From positions 32,001 through 96,000 of the forward strand of contig CAWCRS010000001.1 in NCBI GenBank assembly GCA_963798085.1: a stretch of DNA of 64,000 bases, in the 5' to 3' direction. Under the pieces are notes generated by a model. The model worked only from the letters and a program-made list of their open reading frames with translations, was not told where the DNA came from and ran no database searches. Position 1 is the first letter of the stretch, and each line of letters starts with the position of its first letter. The position numbers and the translations under genes are program-made. Shown in pieces: positions 40,850 through 48,827 of this stretch. The stretch comes from an uncultured Gemmatimonadales bacterium (GTDB lineage Bacteria; Gemmatimonadota; Gemmatimonadetes; Longimicrobiales; RSA9).

Positions 40850-41820
40850 CCGCGGAGCTCGATCGTGACACCACGCTCGGCGCGGATGACGCCATGAACC
40901 CGGACCGGTACCGCACACCGCTGCTCGACGTGAGCGCGGAACTGCAGCGTCGCCTGGCCGCCGAACCGGCGGTCGCTGCCATCACGCTGGCTGATGGCAT
41001 GCCCGGCATGAGCCGCCACCTGGCGCAGCTGGAGCTGCAGCGCGCCAGCGAGCCGCCGCATCTGGTCGACACGAACGTGGATGGCAAGAGAGCCTGGCTC
41101 GCGTTCGTGGACACCGGCTTCTTCGGCGCGTTCCGCCTGCCGCTCGTCGCCGGTCGAGGCTTTGCGGAGAGCGACGCGCGGGCGAGGAATGTCGTGGTCG
41201 TCAATGAAACGCTCGCGCAGCATGGGCGGCAATGTCCTGGGCGTGCGTCTGCGCTACGCGCCGCAGGGTGCAGGGCAGGCGGGTCCGGGGTACGAGGTGG
41301 TGGGCATCGTGCGCGAAGCGAGTGTCGTCCCCGCGGACCGGGATTTCCTGTACCATCCCGCTTCCGCGGCGAATCTGTCTCCCCTGGTCGTCGGCATGCA
41401 TGTGCGAGGCAGCCCGGTCGCGTTCGAGCCCCGCCTGCGTGAGCTGGCGAAGCAGGTTGATCCCGGCCTCCGCCTGTACGACCTGCTGCCCCTCGACGAA
41501 GTGATGCGCCGCCACAATGCCTAATGCCGCCCCCGCGATGACCGCCGTGTTCGCAATCGTGCTGCTGCTGAGTGTGCTCTCCGCCGCCGCGCTCTATTCG
41601 CTGGTCTCTGTCGCCGTGACCCGTCGCACCCGCGAGATCGGCATCCGCCTCGCCATTGGCGCGAGTCCGCGGGATGTGCTGACAGCGCTGTTCGGGCGCG
41701 TGGCGGCGCAGGTGGGGATCGGGCTGGTGCTGGGGGATGCGCTGCTGCCGCCTGTCATGCACGCGCTCGGGCAGTCCGAACTGCGGGTTAGCGAAGTAGT
41801 GCCTGTGATGCTGGCCGCCC
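40850..41820 (+). pseudogene. 3' fragment of an ADOP/FtsX permease with two frameshifts
   Basis: AGRGF, VVVVNETLA, YEVVGIV, LYSLVSVAVTRRTREIGIRLAIGA spread over three frames; no N- or C-terminus. Confidence 0.7.
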
Positions 41821-41829
41821 GCCGGCGAC

Positions 41830-42611
41830 ATCCCGGGAGCTTCGTTGCCGCCTGCCTGGTTGTCGCCTGCTCAGGGGCGGAGCCGACCACGCCGATCCAG
41901 AAGATCGATCCCGTACCTGCGTCCATTTCGCTGTCGGAAACAAGCCTCAGCTTCGCCTGGCTCGGAGAAGGGAGGGAGATCGCCGCCACGGTCAAGGATC
42001 AGGATGGCCGCGTTCTCGGCCTCGAGATCACGTGGACTTCGACGGACACGGCAGTGGCGACGGTGTCGAACAAGGGCACCGTGCTTGCCTGGAGCAATGG
42101 CGCGGCGGAGATCGTGGCTTCGACGTCGTCGCTCTCCGCTCGCATCCCGGTATCAGTGCAGCAGGCGCCGGCAGTATCCCGGGACGCGCGAGCAATGGCC
42201 GCCGTATCGGATCGCCGTGGACTGGATCAAGTGCAACTATAACTTTTCGTTAGGGACGGCGGTCATGAACTCGGGCATACCTTCGGCTTGCCGCACCCGG
42301 CCGATTTTCAGTGTGCGGGTCTCGCGGAAGTGCTGGTCATGCAGAGCCAGTGGAACACGGATCTGGCGAGCGAAGGCTTTTTCAGACGACCCGCAGGCTT
42401 CACGGGCAACAACATCGGCATCATGAAATCGTGGGATCCCGTTGCCGGCCGGCCCACGGATCCGACGCAGGGCTACGCCGCCGGAATCGGTACGACGAGC
42501 CGGCCCAACGGCAAATTCCACAGCGAGCCGGAGATCCTTCTGGACAATCCGCACTTCATCAGCGGAGCACCGTCCGTGCTTCTGCGCGGCAGAAACCGGG
42601 GAAGTCGATAA
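41830..42611 (+). pseudogene. Disrupted lipoprotein gene: Ig-like (Big_2) domain plus metzincin-type zinc protease remnant
   Basis: LVVAC lipobox; ATVKDQDG..ITWTSTD.AVATV...G.V (Big_2); HELGHTFGLPH at 42264-42296 in another frame. Confidence 0.65.
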
Positions 42612-42674
42612 CAGTCGTCTGTGCTGCGCACAGACTTCCCCCGCGCATGGACCGCGGGCGGGTCGCGTCGCGTT

Positions 42675-43175
42675 TCACGGCGCCAGGAAAGGCGACTGAC
42701 GGCCCGCCTCGCTGCCGGCATCGCGGATGATCGCCGAGAGAACGCGCATGTCTCGCGACTCACCACGCAACGCGGCTGTGAGTTCATGCGCGGTGAAGCG
42801 GCCCGCGATCGTGAGATAGATCGCGCCCCTGCCGCTGGGCAGCCCGATCGCCACGACCGTGTCCTCCGCCGACCACGCGACCGGAATCTTGCCGCCGATC
42901 GCGGTGATCAGCGCAATATCGTGGTCGCCGAGCCACGGCGCGCCGTCGAGCATCTCGGCCAACGAGCCGACCGTCGTCGTCCCCGGCGACACGTGACGGC
43001 GAACCAGCTGGATGAGCGCGAGCATCCGATGCGCATCCGCCCTCGTTGCGTCGTTGGCGATGGCGCTCCAGAACGACGGCGTCTCGACCACGGGTGCGAC
43101 CTGCTCCGCTGCTCCACGGAGTTCGGCCTCCGTCGCGTCGCGCCGCTCGAACACCTCGAAAGGATGGGACGACAC
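42675..43175 (-). CDS. Hypothetical protein, candidate immunity/partner of the upstream effector-like gene
   Basis: 166 aa; its GTG start shares base 43175 with the upstream TAG stop. Confidence 0.6.
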   Translation of the reverse strand: MSSHPFEVFERRDATEAELRGAAEQVAPVVETPSFWSAIANDATRADAHRMLALIQLVRRHVSPGTTTVGSLAEMLDGAPWLGDHDIALITAIGGKIPVAWSAEDTVVAIGLPSGRGAIYLTIAGRFTAHELTAALRGESRDMRVLSAIIRDAGSEAGRQSPFLAP

Positions 43176-44161
43176 TATCTTGTTTCTATCTTTGTCGTCT
43201 TTGTTGCCTTCTTACCCTTGGCACAGCAATCCCATGTCGCTTTCAGCGTGTGCGAGATCGCGCCGGTTCCGCCACTCAGAGTCGGGGCGCTGGTGGTCGC
43301 GGGCAGGATCCACGTAGGTGCCTTGTTAGTGACCGTGAAGCTGGTCGGCAGCGTGAGGTCCTCGTAGAATTCAGCGGTCCCCCTGACCGTGACGGTTCCC
43401 TTGGTGTCACTTCCAGGACCAGGGGTAGAAAAGGAGTCGTCGTTGACGTCCCCGCCCTCGGCATAGGTCGTGACCTTCTGGTCCTTGTTGATCTGCCACG
43501 CTTCCCAGACCGGATACCAGCTCGGTTGCAACCCACCGACTTTCGCCGGATCGACCGCCTTGTTGCTGCAGTCCTTGACGCTGTACGGCACTTCTACCTT
43601 CTGAACTACCCATCCACCTTTGGTCGTCGGCTTGTCGAGCTCCCACTGAATCATCCAGTCGAAGCCACCGCAGTCATTCGCAGTCGGGCCTGACACATTC
43701 GACTTCTTCAATTTCGGCGGCTTGGTGGCGGCACCCTTTACCGCCTTGGCACCAGCGCCGCTGGTTTTCGGCCCGTGGCCGCCGGTTACCTCAGGCCACT
43801 GCCCTTCAGCCGGCAGGGATGCACCGAGCTTGCCGGCAACGTTGTCTGCTCCCCGCACGTTACCGGCACTCGCTCCGCTCGCATCGCGCCTCGCCCGGGC
43901 CGTCGCCGCCTCAGCGGCGAGTATGGGAATTCGGCCGAAATCATGACGCGCGCGCGGAATGCCGCTGGAATCGCGTGTGTCGGTTCCGGCACCCCCATCC
44001 AGCATGCCCTGCGCGGCTTGATGCGCGATTGTTTGCTGGTAATGACGCGTCGGGTGCACCTCGTTGCGGAACACGGCGGGCCCTCGACCGGACAGTCCGG
44101 GTCTGACAAATGTGGTCTGCCCGGTCGTCGGTTTCTTCGACTGCTTTGCGAAGGCGGGCAT
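43175..44161 (-). CDS. Orphan eCIS-effector-like protein (DUF4157-type leader motifs, no DUF4157 core, unknown C-terminal domain)
   Basis: ATG 44161 after GGAG; leader YQQTIAHQAAQGML and RHDFGRIPI; C-terminal domain CGGFDWMIQWEL...GWVVQKV...VWEAWQI. Confidence 0.65.
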   Translation of the reverse strand: MPAFAKQSKKPTTGQTTFVRPGLSGRGPAVFRNEVHPTRHYQQTIAHQAAQGMLDGGAGTDTRDSSGIPRARHDFGRIPILAAEAATARARRDASGASAGNVRGADNVAGKLGASLPAEGQWPEVTGGHGPKTSGAGAKAVKGAATKPPKLKKSNVSGPTANDCGGFDWMIQWELDKPTTKGGWVVQKVEVPYSVKDCSNKAVDPAKVGGLQPSWYPVWEAWQINKDQKVTTYAEGGDVNDDSFSTPGPGSDTKGTVTVRGTAEFYEDLTLPTSFTVTNKAPTWILPATTSAPTLSGGTGAISHTLKATWDCCAKGKKATKTTKIETR

Positions 44162-44303
44162 GATCATCTCCTGCGTGCGCATCAGAGCCTGAACTTTCGC
44201 TGCCGTCAGCTGCGTGGCCGTGCGCAACTCCAGAGTGCGATGATCGTGACCGCCGCGCCAGCTTCATTGCCCGACCGGGAACGGCCGTGGTCCCGGATCC
44301 CGC

Positions 44304-44825
44304 TCACCCCGCGGGCAGCCGCCCGTGCGCGCGCAGGAACGGCACCAGCCCGCCCGCTTCCAGCAGCGACAGCGCAATGTCGGGGAGCGGTTCTGCTGCC
44401 TGCACGGCGTCGCGCGTCAGGTTGCGGATCTCGACGCCCGCAGCAGCCACGTGGATGTGCAGTCGATCACCCTCCCGTACGCTGCCGGTATCGCAGCACA
44501 ATGGCATTAACCCGTTGTTCACGGCGTTGCGGAAGAAGGCGCGCGCGAAGCTCTGCGCGAGCACGGCGGGGATGCCCGCCGCCAGGATCACCGTGACGGC
44601 AACTTCCATGGCCGAGCCGCAGCCGAAGTTGCGGCCCGCCACCAGCACATCGCCGGGCTGCACGGATGCGGCGAAGCCGGGATCCACCGCCTCCAGCAGC
44701 CACTGCTTCAGCTGCGCTTCATCGAGCGTGTCGCGCTTGCGTGTGGATGCGATGATGTAGTCGCTGTTGATGTGGTCGCCGAACACGCGCGCCCTCGCCT
44801 CCATGCTGCGCAGCGTGCCGGTCAT
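44304..44825 (-). CDS. leuD: LeuD/HacB/DmdB-family dehydratase small subunit
   Basis: FGDHINSDYII, AGRNFGCGS, SFARAFFRNAVNNG; ATGA-coupled to the large subunit. Family-level assignment. Confidence 0.88.
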   Translation of the reverse strand: MTGTLRSMEARARVFGDHINSDYIIASTRKRDTLDEAQLKQWLLEAVDPGFAASVQPGDVLVAGRNFGCGSAMEVAVTVILAAGIPAVLAQSFARAFFRNAVNNGLMPLCCDTGSVREGDRLHIHVAAAGVEIRNLTRDAVQAAEPLPDIALSLLEAGGLVPFLRAHGRLPAG

Positions 44826-46087
44826 GACGCGAACGCGCGCGGATCGGTAATACGCCCGCTTGCAGCCGCCGCGCCACACGCGGCGGGCGAGGCCAGGTAG
44901 ATGGCGGCCCGCGCGTTGCCCATTCTCGCCTTGAAGTTGCGGTTCGCGGTGGAGAGCACGTTCATGCCGTCGCCGGGAATCGCGCCGCTGGTGCCGCAGC
45001 ACGCGCCGCAGCCGGGCGTCGTGATGATGGCGCCCAGGGCGGCATAGCGTTGCAGTGTGCCATCGGCCAGCAGCTGCAGGTACACTTCGCGCGAAGCCGG
45101 TGTGAGCACGAGCTGCACGCCCGGCGCAATGCGCCCGCCCGCGCGCTCCAGCGTGGCCAGTGCCTCATGGAAGTCGACGACGCGCCCTCCGGTACACGTC
45201 CCGATGAACACCATGTGCACCGGTGTGCCTGCCGCCTGCTCGATGCCCACCACATGGTCCGGCGAATGCGGCAGCGCCACAGCCGGCCCCAGCGCATCCA
45301 GGTTCAGAGTGACCTCGCGAACGTAATGTGCGTCGTCGTCCGACCTCACCGTCGTACCGCGCTCCGTGGTGCGACCTTCGAGGTATGCGTGCGTCTGCGC
45401 ATCGGCGGCAAAGATGGCGGCCTTGGCATCCATCTCCACGGCCAGGTTGCACAGCACCATGCGGTCGTCGACTGACATTGCCGCGGCGGCCGTGCCGTGG
45501 AATTCCAGAGTCTGATACGATGCGCCGTCGTTGCCCAGCTCGCGCACCAGGGCCAGCGCGGCATCCTTCGCGCCCACGCCCGCACCACAATGTCCGGTCA
45601 GCCGCACGCGGATCGTCGCGGGCACGCGCAGCCACACCTGTCCGGTGAGCATGGCGGCCGCAAGGTCGGAGGAGCCGACGCCGGTGGCGAAGAGACCGAG
45701 TGCGCCGCAGGTGACGGTGTGGCTGTCCGCGCCAATCACCAGATCGCCCGGCAGCACACGGCCCAGCTCCGCCGCCAGCTGGTGGCTGATGCCCTCCCCC
45801 ACTTCGTGCAGCTCCACGCCGTAATCGCGCGCAAAGCGGCGCACGCGATCATGGAACGCGGCCGTTTTTGCCGAGGCCGGCGGCGAGTAGTGGTCCAGCG
45901 CGAAGAGCACGCGCGCGGCGTCGAACACCGCGTTACCACCCATTTTCGCGAAATAGTCGATGGCCATGGGCGACGACGCATCGGTACCAATGACGCGGTC
46001 CACGCGGCACACGACGATGTCGCCGGCCCTCGCCTCGCGACCGGCCGCGCGACTCAGGATCTTCTCGCTGATCGTGCGCCCCGGCAT
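44822..46087 (-). CDS. leuC: LeuC/HacA/DmdA-family [4Fe-4S] dehydratase large subunit
   Basis: TISEKIL, DHY, GISH, GADSHT.T.GA, IGTCTGG, PGCGACCG, STANRNF..RMG. Family-level assignment. Confidence 0.9.
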   Translation of the reverse strand: MPGRTISEKILSRAAGREARAGDIVVCRVDRVIGTDASSPMAIDYFAKMGGNAVFDAARVLFALDHYSPPASAKTAAFHDRVRRFARDYGVELHEVGEGISHQLAAELGRVLPGDLVIGADSHTVTCGALGLFATGVGSSDLAAAMLTGQVWLRVPATIRVRLTGHCGAGVGAKDAALALVRELGNDGASYQTLEFHGTAAAAMSVDDRMVLCNLAVEMDAKAAIFAADAQTHAYLEGRTTERGTTVRSDDDAHYVREVTLNLDALGPAVALPHSPDHVVGIEQAAGTPVHMVFIGTCTGGRVVDFHEALATLERAGGRIAPGVQLVLTPASREVYLQLLADGTLQRYAALGAIITTPGCGACCGTSGAIPGDGMNVLSTANRNFKARMGNARAAIYLASPAACGAAAASGRITDPRAFAS

Positions 46088-46092
46088 GGCGG

Positions 46093-47379
46093 TCACGCGC
46101 TGCTGGCCGCTGCGGCCGTGGCGACCGGCGACGTCGGCAGCGTCTCGCCTTCGCCGCGCGCGACCCACGCGCTGCCCGCGAGATTGCCAATCGTGTTGAC
46201 CGTGGTGCGGCACATGTCGAGCGGGCGATCTATGCCCGCCACCAGGGCAATGGCGGCCGCCGCCTGCGGCCCCAGCCCGATCGCGTTCAATACGATGAGC
46301 GTGGTGACCAGCGAGCTGCCCGGCACGCCGGCCCCGGCAAACGCGGCCATGGTCGCGGTGAGGACGATGGTGAGCCGTGTCGCCCCCGTCAGTCCCACAC
46401 CGTACAGCTGCGCGATGAATACCGCCGTAACCGCCTTGTAGACAGCCGCACCGTTCTTGTTCAGCGTGGTGCCCGCGGGCAGCACGAAGCTGACAATGGT
46501 GTTCGAGATGCCGAGTCGGTTGCGCGCCGCCGCCATGCTCACGGGCAGTGTGGCGCTCGAGGATGCGGTGGAGAAGGCCAGCAGCAGCGCGTCGGAGGTG
46601 TCACGGAAGAAGCGTCGCACGCCGACCCGTGCGCCCACACGCAGCAGTGGCAGCAGCACCAGCGACACGTGCAGGGCCAGCGCCAGAATCACGCACAGCC
46701 CGTAGAGCAGCAGGCTGCCCAGCAGCCCGGCGCCCGAGCGCGCCACGGTGGCCGCCACCAGCAGCGCCACGGCGACCGGCGCCAGGCGCATCAGCCAGCC
46801 GATCACGACCATGCACAGCTCATTGATGCCCTGAAAGAACGCGAGCACGGTCTGCGCCGCCTGACCGCGTGTCAGTGTGGCGGCCGCGCCGAAGATGCAG
46901 ACTGCCACGATGAGCGGCAGCAGATCCGCCTGAGCGGCGGCGGCGAACGGGTTCTGCGGGATCATGGCAAGCAGTGTCTGCCCCAGCGTCGGCGCTACCG
47001 CCAGCGGCATCTCTAACGATGCGTTTGCCATGCCCAGCGAAGCCCTTGCCGCCGCATCCAGCCCGGCGCCCACGTGCAGCAGCAGCGCCAGCACCAGCCC
47101 GATGGTCGCGGCGCACAGCGTGGTGAAGAGGAACCAGAGCAGCGTCCGCCCGCCGATGCTCCCCAGACGCCGCACATCGCCCAGCGAGGCAATGCCGGTG
47201 AACAGGCTGGCCACCACCAGCGGCACCACCACCATCGTGATCAGTCGAATGAACGCGGTGCCGAACGGCTCGAGTGCGAACACCACTGTCTGCACGCTGT
47301 CCGCGCCCGGCAGCTTCGCGCCGGCACCGATCACCGCGCCGGCCAGCAGACCGGCGAGGATCTGCGTGTGCAGCTTCAT
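46093..47379 (-). CDS. DAACS-family symporter (GltP-like)
   Basis: FSTASSSATLP, LNKNG, GAGVPG, IDRPLDMCRTTVN. Confidence 0.9.
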   Translation of the reverse strand: MKLHTQILAGLLAGAVIGAGAKLPGADSVQTVVFALEPFGTAFIRLITMVVVPLVVASLFTGIASLGDVRRLGSIGGRTLLWFLFTTLCAATIGLVLALLLHVGAGLDAAARASLGMANASLEMPLAVAPTLGQTLLAMIPQNPFAAAAQADLLPLIVAVCIFGAAATLTRGQAAQTVLAFFQGINELCMVVIGWLMRLAPVAVALLVAATVARSGAGLLGSLLLYGLCVILALALHVSLVLLPLLRVGARVGVRRFFRDTSDALLLAFSTASSSATLPVSMAAARNRLGISNTIVSFVLPAGTTLNKNGAAVYKAVTAVFIAQLYGVGLTGATRLTIVLTATMAAFAGAGVPGSSLVTTLIVLNAIGLGPQAAAAIALVAGIDRPLDMCRTTVNTIGNLAGSAWVARGEGETLPTSPVATAAAASSA

Positions 47380-47410
47380 GACGGGGGCGGCGTCGCCGCC
47401 ACGGTCCGGC

Positions 47411-48091
47411 TCACTCGATCACGCCCTTCTGCCGCAGTGCGCCGTCGATCTCGGCGCGATACAGTACGCCCGCGTGGATCTCCTCGATACGCAGGCGCTC
47501 ACGCTCCGCCAGCGCCGCGACCAGCTCGAGCACTTCCGCCGCACTGTCGCGCGGCACGACCGCGATGCCGTCGCTGTCACCCACCACGATGTCGCCCGGT
47601 GACACCACCGTGCCGCCGCAGCTGATGGGCCCATTGATCTCGCCCGGCCCATCCTTGTCACAACCACCCGGACTGACCGTGCGGCTGTACGCGGGGAAGC
47701 CCAGCCGCGTGATGGCCTCCACATCGCGGATGGCGCCATCGACGACAATGCCACCCAGGCCCTTGCCCACGGCCGTGTGACACATCAGCTCGCCAAACAC
47801 CGCGCTAGTCGTGTTGCCGCACGTGTTCACCACCACGATGTCGCCGGGCTCCGCCTCCTGCAGCGCCTTGTGCACCATCAGGTTGTCAGCGGGCCGGCAG
47901 CACACGGTGACCGCCAGGCCGCAGAGCGGCAGGGCGCTGCGCGCATGCATGCCGGGGTCCATGAAATGGAAGCGGCCCATGGCATTGGCCAGGTTGGGTG
48001 CGGCCAGTCCCTGGAAGCGGGCGACCAGCGCGGCAGCCAGGCGAGGCGGCGCTGGCAGCACGCGGAATCCCGGCTTGCCCGCCTTCGGCAT
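47411..48091 (-). CDS. RraA-family protein / HMG-CHA-type aldolase
   Basis: DNLMVHKAL, FGELM, VVDGAIRD, V.PGDIVVGD.DG. Confidence 0.88.
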   Translation of the reverse strand: MPKAGKPGFRVLPAPPRLAAALVARFQGLAAPNLANAMGRFHFMDPGMHARSALPLCGLAVTVCCRPADNLMVHKALQEAEPGDIVVVNTCGNTTSAVFGELMCHTAVGKGLGGIVVDGAIRDVEAITRLGFPAYSRTVSPGGCDKDGPGEINGPISCGGTVVSPGDIVVGDSDGIAVVPRDSAAEVLELVAALAERERLRIEEIHAGVLYRAEIDGALRQKGVIE

Positions 48092-48427
48092 GATGGCATC
48101 TCCTGTCGCGCGGTTGCGACCGTGGCGTGCACACGTGCCTGCGCACGAGTCGCGCGAATCATGCGCGAGACCGGCGTAGTGCCGCAACTGCGACCGGCAG
48201 GCACCCGGCGAGAACCGGCGAGCGCGTCCTGCCAGCGAACCATTCAACCAGAGCTGAAGCCGCCTGTTCATGTGCCGCGCACCTGGTGTGCGGCTGTCGT
48301 TGATCCTCGCGGCGCGGGGATCCAGATCCTCGGGCCCTTGGATCTACTGCCTTCGATCCATTGCTGCCGTCTGCGCGCGAGGCCGACATTCGCGCCGGAT
48401 CTTCAGCCGGAGCTCGGACGACGGCTC

Positions 48428-48775
48428 GTGGAACACGTTCGCGTCGTAATGGCCGGCCTGCCACGCATGCTCCGGGACCTGATCCGCGTTCAGCTGGAAG
48501 CGGAGCCGGGCGTGGTCGTGGCGGCGGAAAGTGGCGTGGTAGCGGCGCTGCCCGAACTGCTGTCGGATGGTCGGGCGGATGTGCTGGTGCTGGGCGTCAC
48601 CTCGGAGCCGAGCTGGCGTGCGGTGTGTGAAACGCTGGCGCTGCGCGAGCGGTTGCGGATGCTGACCGTGGGTGAGGGCGGGCGCGTGCTGCGCGTGTAC
48701 GCGCTGCGTGCGCGTCCGGTCGAGGGATCGATCGCAAGTCTGATCACCGCGATCCGTGAAGAGAGCGGCGAGTGA
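48428..48775 (+). CDS. Stand-alone receiver-like (pseudo-REC) protein heading the eCIS operon
   Basis: VRVVMAGLPRMLRDLIR..LEAEPG.VVAAE...ADVLVLG resembles a NarL-type receiver lacking the acidic pocket. Confidence 0.55.
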   Translation: MEHVRVVMAGLPRMLRDLIRVQLEAEPGVVVAAESGVVAALPELLSDGRADVLVLGVTSEPSWRAVCETLALRERLRMLTVGEGGRVLRVYALRARPVEGSIASLITAIREESGE

Positions 48776-48827
48776 GCGGCAACCGGCGGCAGACCGGCTG
48801 CTCGCGTGTTGACGTCGAGGAGGTGCC

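Noticed and set aside
44304..46087. Leucine biosynthesis operon
   Set aside because: No leuA or leuB nearby, and the context is a transporter plus an aldolase; only the family assignment is kept.
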